From Omnitrophica bacterium GWA2_41_15 (lineage in GTDB: Bacteria > Omnitrophota > Gorgyraeia > Ghiorseimicrobiales > Ghiorseimicrobiaceae), in the NCBI GenBank assembly GCA_919902105.1, contig CAKKQO010000004.1:4180-58431 (forward strand): a stretch of DNA of 54,252 nucleotides, written 5' to 3'. Numbering within the stretch: position 1 is the first letter of the stretch; the number at the start of each line of letters is the position of its first letter. Position numbers and translations under genes: made by a program. The notes beneath the pieces are model-generated. The model was not told the DNA's origin. It did no database searches and worked only from the letters and a program-made list of their open reading frames with translations. Below are positions 1-10,071 of this stretch, piece by piece.

Positions 1-122
1 AAAGAGGTAAGATCGCCGGCATGAATGATTAAATCCACGCCTTTAAATATACTAAAGACACTTTGAGGAATTTCATCAGCGCTTTGCGGTATATGCGTAT
101 CGGATATTACCCCTATGAGCAT
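1..122 (-). CDS. metallophosphoesterase (YfcE/MJ0936-like), N-terminal fragment cut by window edge
   Basis: Not in ORF track. Minus-strand ATG at 122 reads [40 protein letters not shown], with DxH and GD metallophosphatase motifs. Confidence 0.55.
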   Translation of the reverse strand, partial: MLIGVISDTHIPQSADEIPQSVFSIFKGVDLIIHAGDLTS

Positions 123-133
123 TTTTTCTAATT

Positions 134-1747
134 CTAAACAAAAATTTCCGGCTGGTTGTAGAATTCAAACAAGGAATTAAGTTCGCCTGTTTCCCAGGTA
201 ATTATTTTTTCTTCCAGGGCTTTTAATTTTGCATTAGTATCTACCTTGTCCAAACTAATGATAACCTTGCGCTGTGGAACAATAGTCTTATACTTTTTGC
301 ATTCTAACATAAACTCTGCTATATCATTTTCTGATAACGCGCCGTTCTTTACTGCAATAATCCAAGAGCTTTCTTGCGCCTTTGCCGAAATCAGGGCATC
401 AAAATTACCGCTGCCTGTTGAAAGAAGCGCAATTTCTTTAAAGCGGGATAAAATGATTTTTTTTCTTTCAATTTGTATAGCTTCGTTTCTGAAAAGATTG
501 AATAATTCCAATATTCTTTCGGTTGTTGTTTTTGCCGTAACTAAGGAAAAATTATTCACCATGTTTAAAAGATTATTTCGGAAATTTATACGTAATACGT
601 TATCGTTAAAATAATCAAGCGCAAACTTGCGGCTATAGACAGAATCAAGCCAGAAAGCAAAAATCTTATCGCCTAAACTTAAGAAGTCGCCGTTTTTTAA
701 GACAATACTCGCCTCATAAAGCCGCGAGAGGCGTTGTTGGATAACTTTTTCCTTTTTATTTAAGCGCTGCGCGATTATTTTTATCTTATTGCCGCCTGAA
801 ATTATACTAGATAAAATCCCGATATAGTCTTCTCTTTGTTTATCAGAAGAAATCTCATTCAATAAATTTATAAATTTTTGATTAAATATCCCCCATTCTT
901 CAAAAAGTAAATCTTGGAATGTTTCAATAAATATATCCTCACTTATTAAATCTCTGCATATTTGCGCCACACGCATAGATAATTCTCTACAAAGAATACC
1001 TAAATAAAAAGGCTGCCCTCCAGTAAAATAGATTAAAAACTTTTTATGGGTATCACTTATGGGAATTTTTAAATTAATGTTTATAAACTCCTCGCTTGTG
1101 CGCATGTTATAAGGCGCAACTTCTAAAACTTCAAAATTTCCGAATAAAAGAGAGAAACCATGTGAAAGAATTTCCCTTGCTTTTATAACGGCAGAGCTAG
1201 CGATTAAATACATAGTATTTTTCTGAATGATAATTTTTTTGCTTAAGTCTGCAAAGATTTCTTCCCCGCCTAAATCTTGTAATTCTTGAAATTCATCCAA
1301 AATAAGCAGGCAGGGGATACCGTTTTCCTCAAAGAAGATTTGCGGCAAATCAAATGTTTCGATTAGCGCCGCATATTCTTTTTCTTTTTCTAAATTATGC
1401 ACTATTGACTTAATTTTAGCTACTGTCTTGGGAAGAAAGGCTTGAGATTTTTCCAACAAGTACTTAAAATCGCCGGAAGTATCTATGCGCTGAGAGGTTA
1501 AGAAATTCCGCAGGATTTGACCGAAAAAAACGCGGATAACCTGCTTTAGGCTGCGGCCCTCTAATTCCATAAATATCGGTATTACCTCAGCAGTATTAAT
1601 ATCGGACAATAACGCCTTCACGATTGAGGTTTTTCCTGTAGAGGGATTGCCGATGAAAGCAATATTCTGACGATACCCTTTTTTAAAACCATCGAGCCGT
1701 TTTTTTATTGCAGAAAGTATTTCTTCCCTGCCGAAAACTTTATCCAT
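134..1747 (-). CDS. AAA-type ATPase (archaeal-ATPase / DUF234-like architecture)
   Basis: Walker A GNPSTGKT, Walker B LLILDEFQ, long C-terminal extension; N-terminus FGREEIL...GKTS typical of the PF01637-like family (recalled). Confidence 0.6.
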   Translation of the reverse strand: MDKVFGREEILSAIKKRLDGFKKGYRQNIAFIGNPSTGKTSIVKALLSDINTAEVIPIFMELEGRSLKQVIRVFFGQILRNFLTSQRIDTSGDFKYLLEKSQAFLPKTVAKIKSIVHNLEKEKEYAALIETFDLPQIFFEENGIPCLLILDEFQELQDLGGEEIFADLSKKIIIQKNTMYLIASSAVIKAREILSHGFSLLFGNFEVLEVAPYNMRTSEEFININLKIPISDTHKKFLIYFTGGQPFYLGILCRELSMRVAQICRDLISEDIFIETFQDLLFEEWGIFNQKFINLLNEISSDKQREDYIGILSSIISGGNKIKIIAQRLNKKEKVIQQRLSRLYEASIVLKNGDFLSLGDKIFAFWLDSVYSRKFALDYFNDNVLRINFRNNLLNMVNNFSLVTAKTTTERILELFNLFRNEAIQIERKKIILSRFKEIALLSTGSGNFDALISAKAQESSWIIAVKNGALSENDIAEFMLECKKYKTIVPQRKVIISLDKVDTNAKLKALEEKIITWETGELNSLFEFYNQPEIFV

Positions 1748-1772
1748 AATTTGGAAACTCCCAGACTAATGA

Positions 1773-2471
1773 TTATTTAGCAAGAGGCAAATAATGTATG
1801 GGGTTCTGCGGCTTATTACCTTTCCTTATTTCAAAATGCAGCATTGCCACCCCTGCTCTTTCATTCACCCCTACCTTAGCAATAGCCATCCCTTGAGTTA
1901 CGCGATCATTGGCTTTCACTAGGTTTTGAGAATTATAAGCATATATTGTAACAAATCCGTCATTGTGGTCAATGATAATAGTTTTGCCATAGCCGGCCAG
2001 GTTATCAGCGCAAAAACTTACCACCCCGGCACGCGAACTTAGCACATCAGCGCCGAATTTCGCCTTTATATTAACCCCTTTATTAATCAAATGATCCTTT
2101 TCGCTCTTAAAATAAGCAGCAATCTTACCTTTAACCGGCCAGATAAAACCAGAGTTATCATTATAATTTGAAAAAGAAACATCTTTTTTAACGCCGGGAA
2201 TAAAAATATTCTGGCCCGGCTTTATGATAGTGGTATCAGTTATTCTATTTGCCTGGATAATTTTATCTAAATCTAAATTATATATGCGCGAAAGCCTCCA
2301 AAGGGTTTCTCCTCTTTGCACTGTATGCATTATTCCGACTGCGCCAGGCGTAGGCGCCATCTCTAAAGGAAGGTTAGTTTTTACCGCGCAGCCGCTTATT
2401 AATATAGCAGAAAATAGAAAATAGAAAATAGAAAATAGAAAATTACTCAACTGTCCTCTATTATCTGTCAT
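1773..2471 (-). CDS. LysM + M23 peptidase lipoprotein (NlpD-like murein hydrolase activator)
   Basis: Lipobox LISGC; LysM (VQRGETLWRLSRIYNLDLDKIIQANRI); M23 core (GVNIKA...IIDHNDGFVTIYAYN...LHFEIRKG). Confidence 0.85.
   Translation of the reverse strand: MTDNRGQLSNFLFSIFYFLFSAILISGCAVKTNLPLEMAPTPGAVGIMHTVQRGETLWRLSRIYNLDLDKIIQANRITDTTIIKPGQNIFIPGVKKDVSFSNYNDNSGFIWPVKGKIAAYFKSEKDHLINKGVNIKAKFGADVLSSRAGVVSFCADNLAGYGKTIIIDHNDGFVTIYAYNSQNLVKANDRVTQGMAIAKVGVNERAGVAMLHFEIRKGNKPQNPIHYLPLAK
2409..2443. repeat. perfect heptamer tandem repeat (AGAAAAT)x5 inside the signal-peptide coding region of the NlpD-like gene
   Basis: Five identical 7-nt units read directly; encodes NFLFSIFYFLFS. Confidence 0.95.
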
Positions 2472-2484
2472 ATGTTTTCAAAAG

Positions 2485-2555
2485 AGCGAGCGAGGGGAAT
2501 CGAACCCCCATACCCAGCTTGGGAAGCTGGTATTCTACCACTGAATTACGCTCGC
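2485..2555 (-). tRNA. tRNA-Gly (anticodon CCC), no encoded CCA
   Basis: Manual cloverleaf: acceptor GCGAGCG/CGCTCGC, D arm ATTC-AGTGGTA-GAAT, anticodon arm CCAGC-TTCCCAA-GCTGG, T arm GGGGG-TTCGATT-CCCCT, discriminator U. Confidence 0.85.
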
Positions 2556-3847
2556 AAATCTTGCCTGTCGGCAGACAGGCATTCCTCCATTAATTTAATC
2601 GAGCAGTATTTTCCGCACATAGTGCAGACGTCTGAAAGATGCGGCCGTGAAGCCATTCTATATTTTCCTGCCTTTAGCGGGTCGATAGACAAGGCTATTT
2701 GTTTATCCCAAAGCCGTTTTTTTCTGTAGAGAGACATTTTCCTGTCTAATTCGCGAGCTTTTTTAAATTTGACGATATCCGCGGCATGTGCGGCAATCCG
2801 TGAAGCAATCACGCCTTCTTTTACATCATTTATTGAAGGATGCCGCAAATGTTCGGCAGGCGTCAGATAGCATAAAAAATCCGCGCCAAAACTTGCCGCC
2901 AGCGCTCCGCCGATTGCGCCGGTGATATGGTCATATCCAGCCGCGATATCTGTAACCAGCGGGCCCAACACATAAAAGGGAGCTCCGTGGCAAATTTCTT
3001 TTTCTAATGCCACATTCTTTTCTATTTCATTAAGCGGTATATGCCCTGGCCCTTCTATAATCACCGAGACGCCCGCTTTTTGCGCGGCTTTAGCCAGCTT
3101 TCCCAGCATGCGCAATTCCGCCAGCTGAGGCGCGTCGGTCGCATCGGCGATCGCGCCCGGCCTCATTCCATCGCCTAAACTTAAAACAATATCGTATTCC
3201 TTGGCGATTTCGATGACCTGAGCAAAATTCTCGTAAAGAGGGTTTTCCTTTTTGTTAAAATGCATCCACTGGGCAAGTATTGCCCCGCCCCGGCTGACAA
3301 TATCTAAAATCCTTTTTTTCTTTTTTAGGAGACTTAGGGTATCCATAGTTACGCCGGAATGCACCGTAAAAAAATCCACGCCGTCTTCAGCTTGGCGCTC
3401 TAAAACATCTATAATGCTTTCCGCGCTCATCTTCAGAAAATTACCGTATTTATCTTCTGAATCTTTTGCCGCTTCATATATCGGCACTGTCCCAAAAGGC
3501 ACGTCGGTTTTTGAAATAAGGGCTTTTCTTATCTGCCTTAAATTACCCCCCACGCTTAAATCCATTACAGTATCCGCGCCGTATTTTAAGGCCGTTTCAA
3601 GCTTTTTTATTTCATCGGATAGTTCTTTCTTGTCAGGAGATGTGCCGATATTAGCGTTTATCTTAGTGCGCAGGCCGCTGCCTACGCCGCAGATTCTTTT
3701 AAACTTCCTCTTTTTGTTGCGGAAAATCACGGCTTTACCTTGCGCTATTTTCCCGCATAAAACGTCTACATCAACGCCCTCATCTTTAGCAATAAGGCGC
3801 ATTTCAGGGGTGAGGATATTATTTTTTGCTGATTCAAGCTGGGTCAT
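2546..3847 (-). CDS. thiC: phosphomethylpyrimidine synthase ThiC (radical SAM, short form)
   Basis: 433 aa collinear with ThiC; C-terminal CTMCGKYCS (CX2CX4C) cluster motif; stop codon lies 10 nt inside the tRNA-Gly. Confidence 0.9.
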   Translation of the reverse strand: MTQLESAKNNILTPEMRLIAKDEGVDVDVLCGKIAQGKAVIFRNKKRKFKRICGVGSGLRTKINANIGTSPDKKELSDEIKKLETALKYGADTVMDLSVGGNLRQIRKALISKTDVPFGTVPIYEAAKDSEDKYGNFLKMSAESIIDVLERQAEDGVDFFTVHSGVTMDTLSLLKKKKRILDIVSRGGAILAQWMHFNKKENPLYENFAQVIEIAKEYDIVLSLGDGMRPGAIADATDAPQLAELRMLGKLAKAAQKAGVSVIIEGPGHIPLNEIEKNVALEKEICHGAPFYVLGPLVTDIAAGYDHITGAIGGALAASFGADFLCYLTPAEHLRHPSINDVKEGVIASRIAAHAADIVKFKKARELDRKMSLYRKKRLWDKQIALSIDPLKAGKYRMASRPHLSDVCTMCGKYCSIKLMEECLSADRQDLRA

Positions 3848-3855
3848 TTGGAAAA

Positions 3856-3890
3856 TTGTAAGTTATAAGTGATAAGTTGTAAGTGAAAGC
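3856..3890. repeat. degenerate heptamer tandem tract (TTGTAAG/TTATAAG/TGATAAG/TTGTAAG/TGAAAGC) upstream of thiC
   Basis: Five 7-nt units read directly in the thiE-thiC spacer. Confidence 0.8.
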
Positions 3891-3895
3891 AAATA

Positions 3896-4552
3896 TTATT
3901 TTTTGTTCAATTTCCCTTTAAGATTTCTTACGGCATTCTGGATGTTTTTTGCGCGGCAGACGGCTCGCACTACCGCAACCCTATCTGCGCCTGCTCCTAA
4001 AACATCGCTTAGATTATTAGGATTGATTCCGCCGATAGCTACAAAAGGAATCCTTATTTTATTTTTCACTTTCCTTATCAAAGATAAGCCTACTGCCTTA
4101 TATTCGGGCTTAGTCGGAGTTGCAAAAACCGGGCCGACGCTAATATAGTCTGAGCCGAGTTTTTCGGCAAAAAACGCTTGTTTTAAACTATGCGTGGAAA
4201 GGCCGATGATTTTTTCTCGGCCTAATAATTTACGCGCATAGGCATAAGGTATATCATCTTGTCCCAAATGCACACCATCGGCATTTACCAACAGGGCAAC
4301 GTCGAGCCTATCGTTTATTATGAAAATCACATTAAATCTTTTAGCGAGGCGGGCTATTCGGCAGGCATCTTCGAGCACTTTAGATAATTCCATAATCCTG
4401 CCTGACCGGTAGGCAGGATTAAATCTTAACTGGATTATGTCTGCGCCGCCTGAAATTACATTTTCTGCCGCAGAAACAATATTCCTGCCGTCTAATGCAG
4501 CATAATCAAGTATACAGTAAAGTTTAGACTGAACTAATGATTTCTTTTTCAA
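3896..4552 (-). CDS. thiE: thiamine-phosphate synthase ThiE
   Basis: 218 aa TMP-TENI fold: IIQLR, GVHLGQDD, GPVFATPTK, AIGGI motifs. Confidence 0.85.
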   Translation of the reverse strand: MKKKSLVQSKLYCILDYAALDGRNIVSAAENVISGGADIIQLRFNPAYRSGRIMELSKVLEDACRIARLAKRFNVIFIINDRLDVALLVNADGVHLGQDDIPYAYARKLLGREKIIGLSTHSLKQAFFAEKLGSDYISVGPVFATPTKPEYKAVGLSLIRKVKNKIRIPFVAIGGINPNNLSDVLGAGADRVAVVRAVCRAKNIQNAVRNLKGKLNKK

Positions 4553-4943
4553 GAGAATAAAGCCTGAATCTTATTTTTTTAAATCTATCTGAAAGTTTTA
4601 CATCGATTAATTTAGTAAATTCCTCTAAAACCCTAAGGCCCTCTTTTGCGCGTTGAAAGTTCGCTAAGAAAATATCGGCGACGCTATTGCGTTTCTTTTC
4701 TAAATAATCCGGCGCCCTTCCTAAATCGCTGCTGCTATCGCGAAATTTAAGGACTTTTACCGTATCTAAGTTTTCGAGTATTGCTGCCTGCGTAATCGCG
4801 TGCCTTAATCTTTTAATTTTCTTGGTAAGGCGGGCGTTTCTTAAGATAAATCTTGCCGTATCTTCACAAACCCTCAAGCCCTCTTTTACGCGGTTTAAAT
4901 TCGCATCAATTACGGAATATATCTTATCTTGGTTTTTTCTCAA
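4524..4943 (-). CDS. ThiE-associated helical protein (ThiD2-like domain), internally duplicated
   Basis: Two copies of the motif LNRVKEGLRVCED / FQRAKEGLRVLEE; overlaps thiE start; family assignment from memory only. Confidence 0.4.
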   Translation of the reverse strand: MRKNQDKIYSVIDANLNRVKEGLRVCEDTARFILRNARLTKKIKRLRHAITQAAILENLDTVKVLKFRDSSSDLGRAPDYLEKKRNSVADIFLANFQRAKEGLRVLEEFTKLIDVKLSDRFKKIRFRLYSLEKEIISSV

Positions 4944-5421
4944 TGATTTTCCGGATTAATTTAGTGGTTGAAAACCCTTCAATATAAGGGATAACAATAA
5001 CTTTCCCGCCATATTTCGCTATAACATCTGCGCCCACTATTTTATCTTTCTGCCAATCACCGCCTTTAACTAAAATATCCGGCTTTAAAGCGTTAATCAG
5101 ATTATAAGGAGTTTCTTCATTAAAAATAACCACAAAATCTACGCAGGAAAGCTCAGATAGAATATACGCCCTTTGAAATTCTGCGTTTAGGGGGCGGGTT
5201 TTACCTTTGAGCTTTTTGACTGATCTATCACTATTTAAGCCGACAATTAAGGCATCGCCTTTTTTCTTCGCTTGCCGGAGGTATTTGACATGTCCAAAGT
5301 GTAAAATGTCAAAGCAGCCATTGGTAAAAACAACCGTTTTATGCCGTCGTTTTAAACCACGGACTATTTTTATCAGCTGCGCTAAAGTTTTTATTTTAGG
5401 GCACACTAATTTATTCGTCAT
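4924..5421 (-). CDS. hldC: D-glycero-beta-D-manno-heptose 1-phosphate adenylyltransferase (RfaE domain II type cytidylyltransferase)
   Basis: FTNGCFDILHFGHVKYL nucleotidyltransferase HxGH motif; adjacent to gmhA. Confidence 0.8.
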   Translation of the reverse strand: MTNKLVCPKIKTLAQLIKIVRGLKRRHKTVVFTNGCFDILHFGHVKYLRQAKKKGDALIVGLNSDRSVKKLKGKTRPLNAEFQRAYILSELSCVDFVVIFNEETPYNLINALKPDILVKGGDWQKDKIVGADVIAKYGGKVIVIPYIEGFSTTKLIRKIIEKKPR

Positions 5422-5427
5422 TAGGAA

Positions 5428-5997
5428 TTATTTTGTTAGTTCATCTTCTATCAATTCGCACAATATATGCCCAACAGTAATATGAACTTCCTGAATCCGC
5501 GCAGTAATTTTGGAAGGGATAATTAAAGCGATATCGGCTAATTTCGCCAGTTCCCCTCCGCGTTGGCCGGTAAAAGCGATTGTCTTTATGCCGTCTGCCT
5601 TCGCCTTTCTTACAGCGATATTTACATTTTTGGCATTACCGCTGGTGGAAATTGCCAAGACTACGTCTTTTTTATCGGCTAATGCTTCGAGTTGGCGGCT
5701 AAATACCGTTTCATAGCCATAATCGTTAGCTAATGCTGTAAGAACGGATGTATTCGTAGTCAAAGCTAATGCGGCAAGCGCTCTTCGCTCTTTTTGGAAA
5801 CGGCCGATTAATTCTGCGGCAATATGCTGGGCATCAGCGGCTGAACCGCCGTTACCAAAAATAATTAATTTACCGCCGTTCTTTAGCGATGTAATTATTT
5901 GACTGGCAATTTGGGCGATAATATTAATAGAATCGGATAATAACTTTTCTTTTACGTTTATGGAATCCCTGAGAATGTTTTCTATTTTTTTCTTCAT
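5428..5997 (-). CDS. gmhA: phosphoheptose isomerase (SIS domain)
   Basis: GNGGSAADAQHIAAEL, ISTSGN, QEVHI motifs. Confidence 0.85.
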   Translation of the reverse strand: MKKKIENILRDSINVKEKLLSDSINIIAQIASQIITSLKNGGKLIIFGNGGSAADAQHIAAELIGRFQKERRALAALALTTNTSVLTALANDYGYETVFSRQLEALADKKDVVLAISTSGNAKNVNIAVRKAKADGIKTIAFTGQRGGELAKLADIALIIPSKITARIQEVHITVGHILCELIEDELTK

Positions 5998-6049
5998 CTT
6001 CTTTTGCTTCCTTATGTTAATATGTTCATAAGCTAAAAAAGTAGTTTGT

Positions 6050-6077
6050 TTCGGATTTCGAAATTCGGATTTCGGAT
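6050..6077. repeat. heptamer tandem tract TTCGGAT x4 (one degenerate) at the pfk stop
   Basis: Read directly; the last unit plus ATCCGAAA (6081-6088) forms an 8-bp hairpin over the pfk stop codon. Confidence 0.8.
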
Positions 6078-6078
6078 T

Positions 6079-7110
6079 TTATCCGAAAAATACCTTAGCA
6101 ATATCATATAATTCCATATCTAAGGTTTTTATTTTCTCGATGGCCCTGCTAATCGGAATAGAGACTACCCTATTCCCCTGTAAGCTGACCATCGAGCCAA
6201 ATTCTCTCTTCTCTACTAAATCTACCGCCTTTACACCAAAACGTGTGCCTAAAACCCTATCGAAAGCAGTGGGAGTTCCACCCCGTTGGATATGACCAAG
6301 CACGCTGACACGAGTTTCATAACCAGTCCTTTTCTCTATTTCCTGGCCTAATGCCTCTCCTACGCCGCCTAAACGCACATGGCCAAAGGCATCTAATTTT
6401 TGTTCCTGCAGTATCTCATTTCCTTGTTTAAATTTTGCCCCCTCAGCTACAACCACGATGCTAAAGGTTTTACCGCGGGAATGCCTTTTCTTAATTAATT
6501 CAGTAACTTCGTCTAAATCTATAGGTATTTCCGGGACCAAAATTATATCTGCGCCGCCGGCTATTCCGGAATAAGCGGCAATCCATCCCGCATGCCTGCC
6601 CATTACCTCTACAACAATTATACGGTGATGGCTTTCCGCCGTAGTATGCAATCTATCTATGCATTCCGTAGCAATATTTACCGCGGTATCAAAACCAAAG
6701 GTAAAATCCGTGGCGGATAAATCATTATCTATGGTTTTCGGCACACCCACGACGTTTAATCCTTCCTTTGCCAATTTTGCCGCAACTCCCAAGGTATCTT
6801 CTCCGCCAACAACAACTAAACAATAGATGTTTAATTTCTTATAATTAGCTATTACTTTGGCCGCATCATCGCCTTCTTTATAAGGATTGGTGCGGCTAGT
6901 GCCTAATATTGTGCCTCCTTTAGGCAGGATACCCGAGACGCTTGAGAGGCCGAGATTAACCGCATCAAAATCAATCAAGCCTTTCCAGCCGTTTTTAATG
7001 CCGATAATATCATAGCCTAAATTCGAACCCCTTCTGACGACCGCGCGTATAACCGAATTTAATCCCGGACAATCACCGCCGCCAGTAAGTATACCGATTA
7101 TTTTTGCCAT
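6079..7110 (-). CDS. pfk: 6-phosphofructokinase, predicted pyrophosphate-dependent type
   Basis: GILTGGGDCPGLN; GGEDT and PKTIDND where ATP-PFK (E. coli PfkA) has GGDGS and PGTIDND. Confidence 0.9.
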   Translation of the reverse strand: MAKIIGILTGGGDCPGLNSVIRAVVRRGSNLGYDIIGIKNGWKGLIDFDAVNLGLSSVSGILPKGGTILGTSRTNPYKEGDDAAKVIANYKKLNIYCLVVVGGEDTLGVAAKLAKEGLNVVGVPKTIDNDLSATDFTFGFDTAVNIATECIDRLHTTAESHHRIIVVEVMGRHAGWIAAYSGIAGGADIILVPEIPIDLDEVTELIKKRHSRGKTFSIVVVAEGAKFKQGNEILQEQKLDAFGHVRLGGVGEALGQEIEKRTGYETRVSVLGHIQRGGTPTAFDRVLGTRFGVKAVDLVEKREFGSMVSLQGNRVVSIPISRAIEKIKTLDMELYDIAKVFFG

Positions 7111-7245
7111 ATTAATTATCCTCTCAATGACGACACAATTTACAGAAACGAAGTTGATGTAAATTGTCAGTCGGAATTGATCCCGTTGAGTGTATTAAAA
7201 TTAGCGAAGAGAATTTTAATACTTTTTTCGAAACGGGACATTTTT

Positions 7246-7866
7246 TTATCTTCCATAACTCTGAAAAGGAATTGTCGGCTTTTTAAAATCCGCATCTTCT
7301 TTTATTGCTCTATCTTTGCTCTCATGTGAAATTATTTTCGCTACGTGCACTCTTACCGTAATGGTTCCCTCAAGCCCTAATATCTCCTGAATCTTATTTT
7401 TTACCATTTCCTGCAGATTACCGGTTAACTCCTGAATATTCGTCTCAGAACGCAAAATTATCCTTAAGTCCACATTGAGCTCGCCTTTTTTTCCGGCAAT
7501 AACATCAGAACGGGACTCTTTAACCTCCGGTATATTTATGGTTAGTCTTTTAATTAAATCCTCTACGGCAGAAAGGGCAATCGTTACTTGGCCTGTAGGG
7601 TTATTCCAGGCAATAGTTTTTTCTTTCTGTATTTTTCCGGTTAATAAATGCGCAAAGAAAAAAGTCAGGATTATGAGTAATGCGCCTGCCAGGCCTAAAA
7701 TTAAGCTTGAATTATAAGCATTGTTAGAGAGAAATTCTAACGCCGTAGTAATATCCTGCACTTTTAATAAATTTAAAGGCAGGGTGGACAAGACAATCAT
7801 TAAAAAGCCTAACATCGTCAGCACCGTCACATAAAAATAAACTCCTAAGGTATAAAAGAAACGCAT
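7246..7866 (-). CDS. membrane anchor protein downstream of Asp23 (AmaP-like)
   Basis: Two N-terminal TM helices plus soluble domain; immediately follows an Asp23-family gene. Confidence 0.5.
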   Translation of the reverse strand: MRFFYTLGVYFYVTVLTMLGFLMIVLSTLPLNLLKVQDITTALEFLSNNAYNSSLILGLAGALLIILTFFFAHLLTGKIQKEKTIAWNNPTGQVTIALSAVEDLIKRLTINIPEVKESRSDVIAGKKGELNVDLRIILRSETNIQELTGNLQEMVKNKIQEILGLEGTITVRVHVAKIISHESKDRAIKEDADFKKPTIPFQSYGR

Positions 7867-7890
7867 AGTAAAACCCTCCTCAATTAATCT

Positions 7891-8241
7891 TTACCTCTCT
7901 ACTGACTGAATATCTACATTAATATCTTTTATCATTACATCCGTCGTTCTCTCTACAGAAGACTTAATATTTTCCTGAATTCTTCCGGCAACTTCAGGCA
8001 GGTTAAACCCGTATTTTATCACTACCGGAACGTCTATAGTTACGCTGCCATTTTTGTCAAAATTAACTGTGATGCCTGCCGTATTATTTTTTTTACCGAG
8101 TAGTTCATAGGCAATACTCTTAAAACTACTGCCGATTTTTAACACACCTTCAATCTCTACTGTAGCGATGGAAGCTATAGAAGCAATAACATTCTTATAT
8201 ATATTTACTTTTCCTAAACCAGTAGACATTTCCTCTTTCAT
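7891..8241 (-). CDS. Asp23/Gls24 family envelope stress protein
   Basis: VIASIASIATVEIEGV... motif and size (116 aa). Confidence 0.8.
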   Translation of the reverse strand: MKEEMSTGLGKVNIYKNVIASIASIATVEIEGVLKIGSSFKSIAYELLGKKNNTAGITVNFDKNGSVTIDVPVVIKYGFNLPEVAGRIQENIKSSVERTTDVMIKDINVDIQSVER

Positions 8242-8243
8242 TT

Positions 8244-9605
8244 TTATTCCTCCAAATCCGCCTTAATTTTATAAATATTATCTAAGAAGTTGGTAAAAAC
8301 TTCGCCGTCTAAGAATAACCTATTTTCCAGAATATTGCGCTGTAATGAAATCGTGGTTTTAATCGGCTCAATAATTAACTCATCTAAGGCCCTCTTCATC
8401 ACCTTAATTGCCTCATCGCGGTCGCATCCTCTGGCAATAATTTTAGCTAACATTGAGTCGTAATATGGGCTGACAGTATATCCTTGATAAATATGCGTAT
8501 CTACTCTGATACCCGGCCCGGCCGGCAGATTAAGCGTTTCAATCTTACCCGGATTAGGCATAAAATTATTATCCGGATCCTCGGCGTTTATACGGCATTC
8601 TATGCTTGCGCCATTGGCCACCACATCATCTTGGCCTATGTTAAGCTTTTCGCCAGCGGCAATTTTAATCTGCCATTTTATTAAATCAATGCCATACACT
8701 ATCTCGGTAACCGGATGTTCAACCTGAATACGCTTATTTAGTTCCATAAAATAAAATGTGCCGTCCTCATCCAGCAGAAACTCCATTGTGCCGGCACCGC
8801 GGTAATTAACCGCCTTTGCCCCTCTTACAGCCGCCTCGCCTATTTTTTTCCTAAGTCGCCCGTCTAACGCCGGAGAGGGCGTTTCTTCCAAAAGTTTCTG
8901 ATGCCGGCGCTGGATAGAGCAGTCTCTTTCGCCTAAATGAATAATATGGCCATAATTATCACCGAGGAGCTGAAATTCTATATGATGGGCTTTAGTGATA
9001 TATTTTTCGATGTATATATCCGGGCTGCCAAAAGCCGCTTCTGCTTCTGCCTGCGCAGTCATGAACGAACTAATCAGCCGCACATCATTATGGGCAATGC
9101 GCATTCCGCGCCCCCCGCCCCCTAAAGAGGCCTTGATCATTACCGGATACTTGATTCTGCGCGCTATCTTTACGGCTTCGTCCTTGCCTTTTACTAAATT
9201 ATTGCTTCCGGAAACTACGTTTAGGCCTGCCTTACGCATGGTTTCGCGGGCCGTCATTTTGTCTGGCAATAATTTCATTGATTCGGAACTTGCCCCGATA
9301 AAAGTAATCTGACAAGATTCACAAACTTCCGCAAAATGCGTATTTTCGGAAAGAAAACCATATCCCGGATGAATTGCCTCAACATCAGTAATTTCTGCGG
9401 CGCTGATTATGGCGGGAATATTTAAATAACTATTACTGGATGCGGCCGGCCCTATGCAAACAGCTTCATCGGCAAAACGCACATGCAGAGAATCTCTGTC
9501 GGCTTCGGAATAGACCGCTACCGTCTTAATACCTAATTCTTTACAGGCGCGAATAACCCGTAAAGCAATTTCTCCTCTATTGGCAATTAATATCTTGGAA
9601 AACAT
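8244..9605 (-). CDS. accC: biotin carboxylase subunit of acetyl-CoA carboxylase
   Basis: [21 protein letters not shown]..., ATP-grasp GGGGRGMR, 453 aa. Confidence 0.95.
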   Translation of the reverse strand: MFSKILIANRGEIALRVIRACKELGIKTVAVYSEADRDSLHVRFADEAVCIGPAASSNSYLNIPAIISAAEITDVEAIHPGYGFLSENTHFAEVCESCQITFIGASSESMKLLPDKMTARETMRKAGLNVVSGSNNLVKGKDEAVKIARRIKYPVMIKASLGGGGRGMRIAHNDVRLISSFMTAQAEAEAAFGSPDIYIEKYITKAHHIEFQLLGDNYGHIIHLGERDCSIQRRHQKLLEETPSPALDGRLRKKIGEAAVRGAKAVNYRGAGTMEFLLDEDGTFYFMELNKRIQVEHPVTEIVYGIDLIKWQIKIAAGEKLNIGQDDVVANGASIECRINAEDPDNNFMPNPGKIETLNLPAGPGIRVDTHIYQGYTVSPYYDSMLAKIIARGCDRDEAIKVMKRALDELIIEPIKTTISLQRNILENRLFLDGEVFTNFLDNIYKIKADLEE

Positions 9606-9624
9606 TGGGGTTGGGGTTGTGGCT

Positions 9625-10071
9625 TCACATAGGCTCGATTAAAAACATGGGCTGGCCAAATTCAACGGCTTGAGCATTTTCTACTAAGACCTCTAAAACC
9701 CTGCATCTTATCTCTGACTTGATCTCATTCATTAATTTCATCGCTTCAATAATACAGACAACTTGGCCGGCTTCAACTGTCTGTCCAACATCGATAAAAG
9801 ACGGCGCCTCAGGAGACGGTGCGCGGTAAAAAGTCCCGACCATTGGCGCTTTTATCTCCTGCGTTTTTGCAGCGGTTTTTTCTGCGATTTCCTGTTTAGT
9901 TTCCGAAGGTATTATCCTTTCTTTTGTGATAATAAACGGCGCGGCAGTAGTTGTTAATTCTGGCGGGCCTTTTCTTAGTTTAATGCGCATACCTTCTTTC
10001 TCTATCTCAATTTCGCTAAGGCCGTTTTCGTTCATTAAATTAATTATTTCCTTAATCTCTTTGAGATTCAC
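9625..10071 (-). CDS. accB: biotin carboxyl carrier protein
   Basis: C-terminal biotinyl motif [11 protein letters not shown]; GTG start. Confidence 0.9.
   Translation of the reverse strand: MNLKEIKEIINLMNENGLSEIEIEKEGMRIKLRKGPPELTTTAAPFIITKERIIPSETKQEIAEKTAAKTQEIKAPMVGTFYRAPSPEAPSFIDVGQTVEAGQVVCIIEAMKLMNEIKSEIRCRVLEVLVENAQAVEFGQPMFLIEPM

Noticed and set aside
2472-2729. 85-aa plus-strand ORF
   Set aside because: It is antisense to tRNA-Gly and the thiC 3' end.
3848-4960. TPP riboswitch upstream of thiC or of the thiE operon
   Set aside because: The thiE-thiC spacer is 48 nt of heptamer repeats. The region upstream of the ThiD2-like gene is coding (hldC overlap). No CUGAGA...ACCUGAUCUGGAUAAUGCCAGCG-like sequence was seen.
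7111-7245. 24-aa ORF (MSRFEKSIKILFANFNTLNGINSD) and nested AT-rich hairpins between the amaP-like gene and pfk
   Set aside because: The ORF has no convincing SD and lies across the hairpins. The hairpins (7135-7167, 7182-7237) are AT-rich and plausibly ordinary terminator or spacer structure. They are noted but not called.
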